A stretch of DNA of 64,000 nucleotides. Origin: Candidatus Scalinduaceae bacterium (GTDB lineage: Bacteria; Planctomycetota; Brocadiia; Brocadiales; Scalinduaceae). How positions within the stretch are numbered: the first letter of the stretch is position 1; each line of letters opens with the position of its first letter. The DNA is taken from NCBI GenBank assembly GCA_046759445.1, contig JBHICG010000006.1, positions 36,945 through 100,944 on the forward strand, given 5' to 3'. Shown here piece by piece: positions 20,101-30,591 of this stretch. The notes beneath the pieces are model-generated. The model ran no database searches. It was not told where the DNA came from and saw nothing but the letters and a program-made list of their open reading frames with translations. Position numbers and translations under genes: made by a program.

Positions 20101-21366
20101 TCAATGGTATAATTTTTTTAACCTTTCAAAGAAGTCAGGGAATGTCTTGCAAACGCATTCATGATTTTTTATCTTTATTCCTTTAGTCCTTAAACCGATA
20201 AGGGTAAAACTCATCGCCATGCGATGGTCATTGTACGTTGATATTTCAGCAGAATGCGGTACTGATGGTTCAACTTCAAGTCCATCCTCATATTCTCTCG
20301 CACTTACTCCAATTTTCTTAAGCTCTTGAACAAGTGCAGTAATGCGATCTGTCTCTTTGTAACGTAGATTCCTAACATTTCTTATACGCGTCTTTCCCTC
20401 TGCAAAGACTGCAACAGCTACCAGGGTTTGTACTACATCAGGCGTGTCATTCATATCTATGTCAATTCCCTTCAATTTATTCCCTTTTACCTCCAACCAA
20501 TTTTCTGACTTCTGCGTGATACAGCCCATCTTGCTTAAGATATCAACAAACAAGGCGTCACCTTGTAGCGAATTTTTACCTAAGCCTTCAACCCTGACTT
20601 TCCCACCTGTTATAGCAGCCGCAGCAAGAAAATATGAGGCGCTTGACGCATCGGCCTCTATGATATACTCACAACCTTTGTATCTTTGGCCTGAACTCAC
20701 ATGAAATTCTTTATGTGATTTTCGTATTACATTCACCCCAAATCTATTCATTACAGCAATTGTCATATCAACGTAATTCTTTGACACCAGGTCATCAGTT
20801 ACTAAAATATGAACGTCATTAATTGCGTAAGGTGCAGCTAAAAGGATTGCACTAATATATTGACTGCTGACATCACCTTTCATCTTAACTGTTCCTCCCT
20901 TTAGCCCACATGCATTTATCAAAACAGGTGGACAATCTGTATTTCCCTTTGAGACGACATCTGCTCCAAGATGATTTAGGCCATTAAGCAGCTCTTGAAT
21001 AGGTCTATTTCGCATACGCTCCACACCATCAATCTCATAGTGACCTTTGCCGATTGTTAATGTGGCAGTCATGAAGCGCACAACTGTTCCTGCATTGCCA
21101 GCAAAAAGATTTGCTTCCCTCGCAGGTATTTCCCCCTTACACCCTTTTACAATCAATGAATTATTCTCTTTAATAATTTTAACCTGTATCCCTATTTCAT
21201 TAAGACATGATATCATGAGGCGTGTATCTTCACTTAACAAGACATTCCTAATTATTGATTCACCTTTAGCAAGTGAAGCCGTTATTAATGCCCGGTTTGT
21301 ATAACTTTTTGATCCTGGAACTGTAACCGTAGCATTTATATTGTCAATTGGTTTAATTTCTAACAT
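20101..21366 (-). CDS. aroA: 3-phosphoshikimate 1-carboxyvinyltransferase
   Basis: PGSKSYTNR, GNAGT, SSQY, KETDR, DHRMAM. Confidence 0.97.
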   Translation of the reverse strand: MLEIKPIDNINATVTVPGSKSYTNRALITASLAKGESIIRNVLLSEDTRLMISCLNEIGIQVKIIKENNSLIVKGCKGEIPAREANLFAGNAGTVVRFMTATLTIGKGHYEIDGVERMRNRPIQELLNGLNHLGADVVSKGNTDCPPVLINACGLKGGTVKMKGDVSSQYISAILLAAPYAINDVHILVTDDLVSKNYVDMTIAVMNRFGVNVIRKSHKEFHVSSGQRYKGCEYIIEADASSASYFLAAAAITGGKVRVEGLGKNSLQGDALFVDILSKMGCITQKSENWLEVKGNKLKGIDIDMNDTPDVVQTLVAVAVFAEGKTRIRNVRNLRYKETDRITALVQELKKIGVSAREYEDGLEVEPSVPHSAEISTYNDHRMAMSFTLIGLRTKGIKIKNHECVCKTFPDFFERLKKLYH

Positions 21367-21542
21367 TTTATATTAACCTTTCGATAAAGGGAATTATAGA
21401 CTGACAAAATCTTTTCATCAAGGACAAATGCACCCAATAACATAGTTATGACACTGATTCCCACAGATATACCAGATGACAAATGACATTAGATCTAACG
21501 AAACGAGATTATGCCTGTTCACCATTCTGACTCTAAAAAGTA

Positions 21543-21572
21543 TTGACAACTAAAATGTTTTATGAGTAAACT
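21543..21572 (+). promoter_or_regulatory. sigma70-like promoter upstream of hemC
   Basis: TTGACA-18nt-TAAACT. Confidence 0.45.
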
Positions 21573-21692
21573 AGCTCCCTTCAGTTGCTAATTTATCGCG
21601 TCTTGCTTCACAAGATGAGATTATCTTGAAGGATTTACAGATTCTTTAGGGTGGGCAATGCTCACCCTTATATGTTTTACCATTAAAAAGAT

Positions 21693-21894
21693 TAATTAGT
21701 ATCTGTTGGGGAAACACGGTTTTGTCATCCTGAACTTGTTTTCAGGATCTCTTAACATATTGATACATATAGATTCTGAAATAAATTCAGGTGTGATTCT
21801 ACTCAACGTGTAGAATCACTTAAGTAATTCTGCTGTTGTGGAATTACCAATGACACCTTTGGATATTTGGGCTTTCCGCAACAAATACTAATTA
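21693..21894. mobile_element. MITE-like element (family A) with internal REP-like palindromes
   Basis: Ends TAATTAGTATCTGTTGGGGAAA and TTTCCGCAACAAATACTAATTA; internal GTCATCCTGAAC..TTCAGGATCT; related inverted copy at 46140-46240. Confidence 0.7.
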
Positions 21895-21942
21895 TATAAT
21901 TGTAGAATTAATGAGACATTTAACAATGCTAGGAGCTGATAT

Positions 21943-22917
21943 TTGAGTAATAGAAAAACAATTGTTATTGGTTCAAGAGGGAGTAAATTGGCCTTAATCC
22001 AGGCAAACTGGGTTAAGGCGCAACTTGAAGCGCATAATCGGGAAATAGAATTTAATATAGAAAAGATAAAGACTACGGGTGACAAAATTACTGATGTGCC
22101 ACTTGCTAGAATAGGAGGGATGGGATTATTTACAAAAGAACTTGAAAATGCCCTTCTTGATGAAAAGGTAGATTTAATAGTTCATAGCGCAAAAGACATA
22201 CCTACTGAAATCCCAGAAGGTCTTATACTAGGAGCATTTTCAAAGCGTGAGGACCCACATGACGTACTGATAAGCAAAGATAACCTGACTTTAAATAAGC
22301 TTCCACAAAATGCAAGGATCGGAACCAGTAGCTTGAGGCGCAGATCACAAATCCTTTCCTTCAGATCAGACCTTGAGGTTGTAGATTTACGAGGCAACCT
22401 GGACACAAGGTTAAAAAAAATAGATTCAGGAGAGCTTGATGCAATAGTCGTAGCCAGAGCGGGTTTGTTGAGATTTGGTCTATTTGATAAAGCAAGTGAG
22501 ATAATACAGTATGACATAATGCTTCCTGCCGTAGGACAGGGAGCGCTTTGTATAGAAATTCGTGGTAATGACGCTGATGTTAAGGAAATTATTTCAATTC
22601 TAAATCATCAGGAAACAATGTATGCGGTCAAGACAGAAAGAGTGCTTCTCGCAGAGCTTCAAGGTGGGTGTCAAATTCCAATAGGCGCCCATGCAGAAAT
22701 AGTTTTACCGGATAAACTGGAACTGGAAGCAGTTGTGTGTTCCCTTGACGGAAAAACAGTCGTAAGAGATTCGATTTCAGGGAACGTTGATGACTTTGCA
22801 GACATAGGACATAAACTTGCACAAAGGCTTTTATCAATGGGTGGCGCCAAGATTCTGGAAGAAATACGGACAAGCCTGGATAAAACAACACTTGAAAATC
22901 CATTCAATAAATCTTAA
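21943..22917 (+). CDS. hemC: Hydroxymethylbilane synthase
   Basis: GSRGSKLALIQ, VHSAKD, GTSSLRR, GGCQIP. Confidence 0.97.
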   Translation: MSNRKTIVIGSRGSKLALIQANWVKAQLEAHNREIEFNIEKIKTTGDKITDVPLARIGGMGLFTKELENALLDEKVDLIVHSAKDIPTEIPEGLILGAFSKREDPHDVLISKDNLTLNKLPQNARIGTSSLRRRSQILSFRSDLEVVDLRGNLDTRLKKIDSGELDAIVVARAGLLRFGLFDKASEIIQYDIMLPAVGQGALCIEIRGNDADVKEIISILNHQETMYAVKTERVLLAELQGGCQIPIGAHAEIVLPDKLELEAVVCSLDGKTVVRDSISGNVDDFADIGHKLAQRLLSMGGAKILEEIRTSLDKTTLENPFNKS

Positions 22918-22946
22918 TCATGAGTGGAGCATCTTCACGGGCGGGT

Positions 22947-24614
22947 TCAATCTGATGTACCGATTGTTTTGTCAAGGCTCCCTGAATCTTTTTTGGTTTT
23001 CTCTACCTCTTTTAAGATCATATACCAAAACTCTGAGAAGACTCGATTCATCCTCTTTCTTGCCCAGCGTCCGATTACATAAAATACAACGAGTAAGATT
23101 GGAATCAATAGAATCCAAATCCATTGTTTGGTGAATAACAAATCTTTTCCTATGAACTTTATTAAGTCGCTTACAGAAAACAACATTTTGAGCGCTTCGG
23201 TGATATTTGAATCAGAAATTTTAGCAGACAAAATAATGGAGAATGCAATTATTGAAGTGAACAAAAATGCGTAATGAGAATAGCGCCTTATTGATACCCA
23301 CCTTTTGACCCTGTCCAATAGTGAATTATCGCCGTTGAGATGTTTGCGAAATATTTGAATAAACAGATCATATTTTTTTTTGTAATTCTTATCTTGATCA
23401 TAGTTTTTGTCATTCTTATCTGTTGATACAAATTCACAATTAAATGGAATATTTCCCGGGGCATAACCTTCAGTACATTGCAAAATTCTCTCAATCACGC
23501 TATTGTGGATTTTTGGCGTGATGATATGGTACTCTTGGCAGAATTTATCACCACCAATATCTCGAGGTTTATAACGGTAATATACTGCCATACCTGAACG
23601 CGAGTCATACAGTTTGTCAGTAACATTTCTGCGATCGCGATAGAGTTCCCGGTCATGATCAATAAACCTGAGCATGTCTTTAGTAGTGAGTCTGGGCTCG
23701 GCTTTTTCCGCTTTCGACTCTTTAGCAGTGAGTCTGAGCCCGGCTTGTTCCGCTTTCGACATCATCCAGTCAAGAGATATAAGTGACATTCCATGTTTGG
23801 GATAGCCGCCACCAACATTGGAATGGACGCCCGCAAACCAGACTTGCTCAATACGGCTATCTTTTTTATCTTCTTTATCTTCTTCGCCTTCTTCATCCCA
23901 CATAACAGGATGAAACGTAAGCCTTTCATCATCGATTGAGAGGGCGTGACACAGCTTCTTTACTTTTTCTTCCGAACTGAGTTTGGAATCAACAAATTTA
24001 AAGCGATAGATAAATGTGTTTATGAATTTAGCAAGTTCATCAATAGGAACACCAACTGCATCCACGGTATCCCAAACACCTATGAATGCGATCTTTTCAT
24101 CGCCGACGCTGTGTTCATTTCGAAAATCAACAATCCACTCCTCGTTGTATTCCTCACGGAAGCACTTACCAATAAATGTGCGATATTTACTACGGTACTT
24201 ACTATAAGCCATTTCTACTTTGTCCAATAGTTCTGCGTCGCTATTCAGCTTTTCTCGGTCAATTATACCACAAGTATTAATCAAGCCTGCGAGCGTCCTG
24301 ACCGTAAATGCTCCCCGGCTGAAACCGAAAAGATAAATCCGATCTCCCTTTTCATACGTCCTTACCAGGTCTGCATAAAGCTGTTTTACGTTTTTACTCA
24401 ATCCCCAACCGAATGCACCACCAAGTATCTTTAGCAGTTTTAAATTTTCAGTGCCAACACCATCATCATAAAACGCAAATTGCTGTGGACGACCGGAATC
24501 ATTCCTGTGGCCATGAAGATCTACGGCCTCATATAGCTTGAAGACGTTTGTCCCGCGTTTTTGGATTCCCTTGCTCCCTGTCCCGTCCGAACATAAGACA
24601 ATATTCCTGACCAT
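22947..24614 (-). CDS. DUF2235 (Tle1-like) alpha/beta-hydrolase with C-terminal TM helices
   Basis: LCSDGT, TNV, YDDGVGT, GFSRGA, GVWDTV, HALSIDDER, WFAGVHSNVGGG. Confidence 0.9.
   Translation of the reverse strand: MVRNIVLCSDGTGSKGIQKRGTNVFKLYEAVDLHGHRNDSGRPQQFAFYDDGVGTENLKLLKILGGAFGWGLSKNVKQLYADLVRTYEKGDRIYLFGFSRGAFTVRTLAGLINTCGIIDREKLNSDAELLDKVEMAYSKYRSKYRTFIGKCFREEYNEEWIVDFRNEHSVGDEKIAFIGVWDTVDAVGVPIDELAKFINTFIYRFKFVDSKLSSEEKVKKLCHALSIDDERLTFHPVMWDEEGEEDKEDKKDSRIEQVWFAGVHSNVGGGYPKHGMSLISLDWMMSKAEQAGLRLTAKESKAEKAEPRLTTKDMLRFIDHDRELYRDRRNVTDKLYDSRSGMAVYYRYKPRDIGGDKFCQEYHIITPKIHNSVIERILQCTEGYAPGNIPFNCEFVSTDKNDKNYDQDKNYKKKYDLFIQIFRKHLNGDNSLLDRVKRWVSIRRYSHYAFLFTSIIAFSIILSAKISDSNITEALKMLFSVSDLIKFIGKDLLFTKQWIWILLIPILLVVFYVIGRWARKRMNRVFSEFWYMILKEVEKTKKDSGSLDKTIGTSD
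23677..23760. repeat. 42-bp in-frame tandem duplication inside the DUF2235 gene
   Basis: 23677-23718 vs 23719-23760, 4 mismatches; SKAEQAGLRLTAKE / SKAEKAEPRLTTKD. Confidence 0.9.
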
Positions 24615-25104
24615 CGTTAATACCTCCTTTTATTAATGACACCAAGAAATGTAAATATTTTGTATTACTTTATTATGGATAGATACAATCTTGAAGGGAT
24701 CCTCTAGGTAAGAAAGATTTGTCTTCTAAAAAAGCATGATATATATTTATATACAATGCTATTCCAACTGAGTTAATGCTGACAGCAATAGCTAATATAG
24801 ATACCGTAGTGTTCATGTACACTTAACTCTGATCATGATGAGAAGCATAGATTATACTACCTAAGTGCGATATTTTTTACAGCTATCACTTAAATTTAGG
24901 TTTCTATTTGATTTGATGATTACGCTAACTTTATTATAATTTCTTTAACTAAGCCCTTCGATTCATAAGTTCGTTGGCAAACTTATTTAGGTTTCGGCTG
25001 AGGGCTTAGATATAGGGCTTAATGTATGCCAGGAGAGCAACATAGTCAAGTCCAAATTATTAGAATAAGTACGCTGATTTAAATACTCTGGCGAAAAGCT
25101 GAAA

Positions 25105-25335
25105 ATGTCAAAAATATACGCAAAAGTGAAGCATTCACGACGTAATACCATAATGATATTGATTGTTCTTGTAACTATATGTATGACCAGTCGAATAGTA
25201 TTTATGGGCAGATATCTTGAAGCGTGGGATAGTATAGATTTTGCCTTAGGTCTACGTGACTATGATATCGTGTACTGTCAGCCTCATTTTCCGGGATATC
25301 CTGTGTATATGTCATTATGTCGGTGGTTATTGACT
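25105..25335 (+). pseudogene. Truncated N-terminus of a GT-C/DUF2723-like membrane protein
   Basis: TM helix then WDSIDFALG...YD...QPHFPGYPVY; the ORF tail is only the antisense of pcm. Confidence 0.55.
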
Positions 25336-25355
25336 GAAACTGAAGCTGAAACTAG

Positions 25356-26144
25356 TTACTTTGTAACTTCCTTTTCCTCTACAAGAGGGACGAATCGTAC
25401 TGGGATTGTCTTTATGATATTAATTTTTTCTTCTGCATCTTTTTCCACTATTAACAAATCCTGACCGAAAAAGGAGCTATTGACTGGAATAACCATCCTT
25501 CCACCTGGTTTTAATTGTTTTACCAGAGGGTCAGGAATTTTCTCCGCAGCAGCAGTCACTATTATGGCATCGAATGGTGCCTTATCTGGCCAGCCAAGGG
25601 AACCATCTGCTATCTTGACATTAACATTATTATATCCGAGGCTTTTCAGTCTTTCATCTGCCTGAAGCCCTAACTCTTTAATTATTTCTATGGTGTACAC
25701 TTCTTTAATGATTTTAGAAAGGATTGCTGCCTGGTAACCTGAGCCTGTTCCAATTTCAAGGACGACATCGTTTTTGTCTACATTTAACATTTCCGTCATC
25801 AGTGCAACGATGTATGGCTGGGATATAGTTTGTCCTAATCCGATTGGTAATGGCTGATCGTAGTAACTATATTTTATGTAATTTTCAGGGACAAACAAAT
25901 GTCGTGGAACAGTTTCCATCGCCTCCAGAATATTTTTATCTTTTACTCCTCGAGCACGTATCTGGAATTCTACCATCTTCTTCCTTTCCTCAAGGTATTC
26001 TGCCTCCGTAAGCGAGATGTTTTTCCTTGCATACACTATTGAATCGCTTCCAGTGAAATGCAAAAAAGGAAGGTAGTTATAAAGGGCACAATATAAAGCA
26101 ATTATTATGGTTATAAGGATTACTACTTTCATTATTATCTCCAT
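25356..26144 (-). CDS. pcm: Protein-L-isoaspartate O-methyltransferase with an N-terminal hydrophobic segment
   Basis: VPRHLFVP, GQTISQPYIVA, VLEIGTGSGYQAA, APFDAIIVTAA, VRFVPL. Confidence 0.95.
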   Translation of the reverse strand: MEIIMKVVILITIIIALYCALYNYLPFLHFTGSDSIVYARKNISLTEAEYLEERKKMVEFQIRARGVKDKNILEAMETVPRHLFVPENYIKYSYYDQPLPIGLGQTISQPYIVALMTEMLNVDKNDVVLEIGTGSGYQAAILSKIIKEVYTIEIIKELGLQADERLKSLGYNNVNVKIADGSLGWPDKAPFDAIIVTAAAEKIPDPLVKQLKPGGRMVIPVNSSFFGQDLLIVEKDAEEKINIIKTIPVRFVPLVEEKEVTK

Positions 26145-26328
26145 ATTTAAGAAATTGCGTTACATATATATGATAAGTTTTACGATTGAGTATATCAATA
26201 TAAAATATATAACTTGCAAGTAAGCCGTGAGTCCTAAAATACGCAAGTTTTACTTGCAGTAGACTAATTTGGCAATTATACTTACGCAGTCAATTGTTAT
26301 AATTCACTTCCTTTACTAATAAGTAAAA

Positions 26329-26934
26329 ATGAGAAAAGATAGAAGAATAAAAAATTTAAAAAATGAAAGCTTTGTTATTGACACAAGTATTTTTACCAAT
26401 ACTGATGTAAGTATTGCATTTGGTAAGAATCCCACTACTGCCTTAAAAGGGTTTTTAAGACTGATAAGCAAAATAGAGGGTCCTTATTTTTATATGCCAC
26501 CCTCTATATATAAAGAACTCATGAATTTCGTAGATTCCAATAAAATTCCAAAAGATCTACAGGTCAGAATATTTCAAAAGCCACCAAAAAAATATGAGAT
26601 GAATGTTCCAGCCTTTTTACTTTACGAGTTAATAGAGGACGTTCGCCATCGTATTGATAAGGGACTAAGAGTGGCAGAGCAAGCCGTAAGGGAAGTGGTA
26701 ACAGATACTGAGCCAGAAACGATAACAAACCTTAGAAAAAAATATCGTTCAGCATTAAGGGAAGGAATTATTGATAGCAAAGAAGATGTTGACCTAATAC
26801 TATTGGCAAAAGAGTTGGATGGTATTTTAGTTACCGCTGATAAGGGGATAATGACATGGGCAGATAAATTGGGGATTAGATTCATAGAATCGCGTAATCT
26901 CCGTGGAATTATAGATAAACTAATCAAAATGTGA
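26329..26934 (+). CDS. HARP: protein-only RNase P (Aq_880/MJ0950 'RNA ligase partner' PIN family)
   Basis: [66 protein letters not shown]. Confidence 0.9.
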   Translation: MRKDRRIKNLKNESFVIDTSIFTNTDVSIAFGKNPTTALKGFLRLISKIEGPYFYMPPSIYKELMNFVDSNKIPKDLQVRIFQKPPKKYEMNVPAFLLYELIEDVRHRIDKGLRVAEQAVREVVTDTEPETITNLRKKYRSALREGIIDSKEDVDLILLAKELDGILVTADKGIMTWADKLGIRFIESRNLRGIIDKLIKM

Positions 26935-28044
26935 AAATCCTTCCCAATGCTTTTGAATTATTTCGCAAGAAGAGAAACATCTCTTTACAAATTCTGCATG
27001 CCAGTATCTTCCAATCTTTTTCTGGTTAATTAATACCGCATCTACTTTACATTTACGGAAGTGTTCAAATAATTTGTTAATATTTTGTTTTTTGTTGAAT
27101 CTAACATTAAAATGTTCTACTAACATTCCATCCTTTACGGCTTTCTTAACACTCTCAAAGATCGGAAGAAGTATGGCTTCACCTGTCTTCTCAATAAATG
27201 TTTTGTCTAAAGGGAAATTGTGTTCCAAAAGATAAAAAGCTGCTCTTAATATCCTATGCGTAAAAAACTCTGCTGGAGTCTCTACCATTACGGGGGAAGT
27301 GACCTCTATGTCTCTGAGGCATGAGCCTATTGTAACATATTTTAGTGTTTTTTCTCTTGGGTCTGTGGATTTAAGTACAAGCCCTTCGCAACCATTCTTA
27401 TTCAGGTCTTTGACATTTTCTTTTAACCTTTTGATGTCAGAAAGAGTATATTTGCCAAATCGGGTTACTGTCGGAATCTCATATTTGTCAAATAACTTAT
27501 ACCTTTCTTCTGCAGGAACCTGTTGATCAGTATTTTTAATTCTTATATCGAACGCATAAAAATTAACGTCCTCAGTAACATATGGAGGCGATTCTAAATT
27601 GTATGGGTTTTCGGGACCGGCTATTTCTCCGCAGACAATCAGATCAGGATTATCATTAAAAAATCTTCCTATATTAAAGAAATCCTTCATTCTGTCGGTG
27701 CTGAAAGGGCAAGCATAACCACCTCTGGTGAAAGCAAGCACTTGATCCTGTACCTTGGCAACTCTCACATTATAGCCATCCACTTTTTCCTCTACGTAAA
27801 AAGTATTATCAAAAGTTTTTCTGATACCATTTTCTAATTGTAAAATTCTTGCTATATGGGGGAAATTAAAAATGATCTCTGAATCAGTTATTACTGAACC
27901 TTTTTCTAGGTCTTCTATTTTCTTTACCACCCTGTAAAAGGTAACCCCATCAAATTCGTCAGATACTACATTGTGGTTTTCTAATGCTTCCTTCCATGTA
28001 TTTTCCGTTATATTAATATTTAAAACAGTCTCTAAAATGCCCAT
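26920..28044 (-). CDS. ATP-dependent RNA ligase, Pab1020/Rnl3 family
   Basis: Motif [45 protein letters not shown]. Confidence 0.9.
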   Translation of the reverse strand: MGILETVLNINITENTWKEALENHNVVSDEFDGVTFYRVVKKIEDLEKGSVITDSEIIFNFPHIARILQLENGIRKTFDNTFYVEEKVDGYNVRVAKVQDQVLAFTRGGYACPFSTDRMKDFFNIGRFFNDNPDLIVCGEIAGPENPYNLESPPYVTEDVNFYAFDIRIKNTDQQVPAEERYKLFDKYEIPTVTRFGKYTLSDIKRLKENVKDLNKNGCEGLVLKSTDPREKTLKYVTIGSCLRDIEVTSPVMVETPAEFFTHRILRAAFYLLEHNFPLDKTFIEKTGEAILLPIFESVKKAVKDGMLVEHFNVRFNKKQNINKLFEHFRKCKVDAVLINQKKIGRYWHAEFVKRCFSSCEIIQKHWEGFSHFD

Positions 28045-28168
28045 AATTCGTAAAATAACATCGTTATATTATAAAATATTTAGCAAATGTACAATGCCAT
28101 AAATAAAGAGAGTTATTTCTTATATTGAAATTAATATTGTAAACATAAAAAATTTCATATTTTTAATA

Positions 28169-28197
28169 TTGACACCTTTTTAAACCTAAAGTATAAT
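28169..28197 (+). promoter_or_regulatory. Perfect-consensus sigma70 promoter upstream of the DHH gene
   Basis: TTGACA (28169-28174), 17 nt, TATAAT (28192-28197). Confidence 0.75.
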
Positions 28198-28466
28198 CCC
28201 AATTACTTTTGCTTGCCTAAATTATATTCTTATAGTAACATATATATAAATGGTTTTTGTAATTACAAGTCAGTATTTTCCAATCATCAATAAAACAAAT
28301 TAGTATCCTGCAACTGCTAATTTGTTTTTTCATACTTCTCAAAATTTTTAAAAAGAGTATACCATCCCATTAATCAATATTTATTAGAAGGAGCCATTTT
28401 AAACCGTTACGATTTATTTAAAATGACTAATTTATTTAGCTTGTTCAATTTTTGGAGAAATTCATA

Positions 28467-29948
28467 ATGTACATTGTCTTCGGTTGTGGTTCAACCGGAA
28501 ACGCAGTAGTAGAGGCCTTAAACAAATCAGGAAAAGAAGTATTAATAGTAGATAATAATGAGAAGGCCCTGTCAGCCTGGAAAGAACAACACCTTAATGT
28601 CCTGGTATCAGCCATAAACTCTTTTGATTTTAACTCTCAGGTATGTAAGGATACTAATATATTTGTAGTCCTAACTGGAGATTCAAAGAGTAATTTATTA
28701 TTTGTAAAAAAAATAAAAAAGAAATTACCAAAAAAGATTGTCTTTGTCAGGGCTTCTAATCAGGAAGAAGCAGAAAATTTAAAAGCTAATGGCGCTGATA
28801 TGATATTACAAACAGGTAAGATATTGGCGCAAACAATATTGCCGGAACTTGAAGCTATTGAGATGAAACAATCCGCATTCACCTTAGTAAATATCATCAA
28901 GGAATCTAACAGCAAAGAAATGGCAATATTTCTACAGGACAACCCAGATCCGGATGCGATAGCTTCTGGACTAACTTTGAAACACATAAGTAAGTATTGT
29001 GATGTAGAAAGCAACATATATTATGGAGGCAATATTAGTCATCAAAAAAACAAGGCTTTAATCAATCTATTGAATGTGGATCTTATAAAAGTGAAAACAA
29101 AAGAGGAAGCAATAGAGATAATAGGGTCAGCTGGTAAGCTAGCATTGGTAGAGGCATCAATACCATCAAAAAATAATATTTTGCCTGTAGAAGTTATGCC
29201 TAATTTGATATTTGACCATCATCAGGTAGACATTAGTTCTGTTAAGGGGGATTTTATCGACATCCAACCTAAATTAGGCGCTACAGCTACATTGATGACT
29301 AAATACATTCGTCAATTAAACATAAAACCTAATCCTCAGCTTGCGACGGCATTATTATATGGTATAAGAACAGACACGAATGGTTTTACCAGAAATACCT
29401 CATCTGAAGACTTAAGTGCTGCTTCATATCTGTCGCCTTTGGTTGATGTAAATGTCCTGAGTCAGTTGGAAACTCCTCAAATGAGTTTAGAGACCCTTAA
29501 TATTATTGGAAGGGCAATCCGTAACAAGGAAATCAGGGGTTCGTACCTTGCTTCATTTGTGGAATTTATTAATGATAGAGATGCTCTCCCACAGGCAGCG
29601 GAAATGATGTTACAGTTGGAAGGCGTATATACGGTTCTCATCTTTGGAATTAATGATGATAAGGTTCAATTATCTGCAAGAAGCCGAGATACAAGAGTCA
29701 ACTTAGGCACGCTTCTACAAAGTGCATTTGGCAAGTTAAATACGGGAGGTCACGCCACAATGGCTGCAGGAACTATTAACCTTGGGATACTTGGTGATGC
29801 GAACGACAGGACATCTCTTTTAAAAGTAACCTCTGATGCTGTTAGGAAAAAATTCTTCTCTGCAGTTGGTGCTGAGTATGAAAAAGAAACATTACCAACA
29901 ATTGGAGAATCAACAGAAAATTCAAATGGAACTTCTGACAAGCAGTAA
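28467..29948 (+). CDS. TrkA-N (RCK) + DHH/DHHA1 phosphoesterase
   Basis: VFGCGSTG Rossmann start; NPDPDAIAS, DHH, GIRTDT, SARS, GGH...AAG. Confidence 0.88.
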   Translation: MYIVFGCGSTGNAVVEALNKSGKEVLIVDNNEKALSAWKEQHLNVLVSAINSFDFNSQVCKDTNIFVVLTGDSKSNLLFVKKIKKKLPKKIVFVRASNQEEAENLKANGADMILQTGKILAQTILPELEAIEMKQSAFTLVNIIKESNSKEMAIFLQDNPDPDAIASGLTLKHISKYCDVESNIYYGGNISHQKNKALINLLNVDLIKVKTKEEAIEIIGSAGKLALVEASIPSKNNILPVEVMPNLIFDHHQVDISSVKGDFIDIQPKLGATATLMTKYIRQLNIKPNPQLATALLYGIRTDTNGFTRNTSSEDLSAASYLSPLVDVNVLSQLETPQMSLETLNIIGRAIRNKEIRGSYLASFVEFINDRDALPQAAEMMLQLEGVYTVLIFGINDDKVQLSARSRDTRVNLGTLLQSAFGKLNTGGHATMAAGTINLGILGDANDRTSLLKVTSDAVRKKFFSAVGAEYEKETLPTIGESTENSNGTSDKQ

Positions 29949-29968
29949 AACAGGAAAATCTTGGCAAT

Positions 29969-30397
29969 TTAAAAATCATCATCTTTCTGCCAATCTGCTG
30001 AATGATAGCTAGAATGAAAATGGAATTGGCTGGATTCAAATTTATGCATGATTCTTTTCTTTAAGAGCTTTTTTAACCACCTTCTGAATCCTGGTATCAT
30101 AATGAGAAAACCAACTACATCCGTTATCAGTCCTGGTGTAACTAATAATGCACCGGCAACCAAAATAAACAGACCATCGAGAAGGCCATTCGTTGGAATA
30201 ACCCCGTTTTGCATATCCATCTTTATGTGTCTGTAAACATTCAAGCCCTGGCCCCTGGCAAGAATGCCTCCTGCTATGCCTGTTACAAATACAATTGCCA
30301 CGGTTGTAAAGGCCCCTAGATACTTTCCTACCTGTATCAATAGATATAATTCTATTAACGGTATAAATGTGAACAATAAAATAAGACGAACTAACAT
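29969..30397 (-). CDS. fxsA: FxsA family membrane protein
   Basis: PLIELYLLIQVG, LLVTPGLITD..G. Confidence 0.9.
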   Translation of the reverse strand: MLVRLILLFTFIPLIELYLLIQVGKYLGAFTTVAIVFVTGIAGGILARGQGLNVYRHIKMDMQNGVIPTNGLLDGLFILVAGALLVTPGLITDVVGFLIMIPGFRRWLKKLLKKRIMHKFESSQFHFHSSYHSADWQKDDDF

Positions 30398-30591
30398 ATT
30401 AATCTCTCTCTTTAATAACGTACATTTCAGCGATTATTATGTGACTTACCAAACGGAAATTTAATAAGTTGCTTTTATGTACAAATCAAAAAAATCTTGA
30501 CTTAGTGTTTATACATTACATAACATAATTTGGCAGTAGCCAAACATAATCGCACAATAATTAAATACGGAAATAGATAGATTAATTAAAT

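Noticed and set aside
24949..25009. Possible c-di-GMP-I riboswitch (contains GGCAAAC)
   Set aside because: Only a nested hairpin CTAAGCCCT...AGGGCTTAG; the GNRA loop/receptor and second stem of the GEMM motif are not evident
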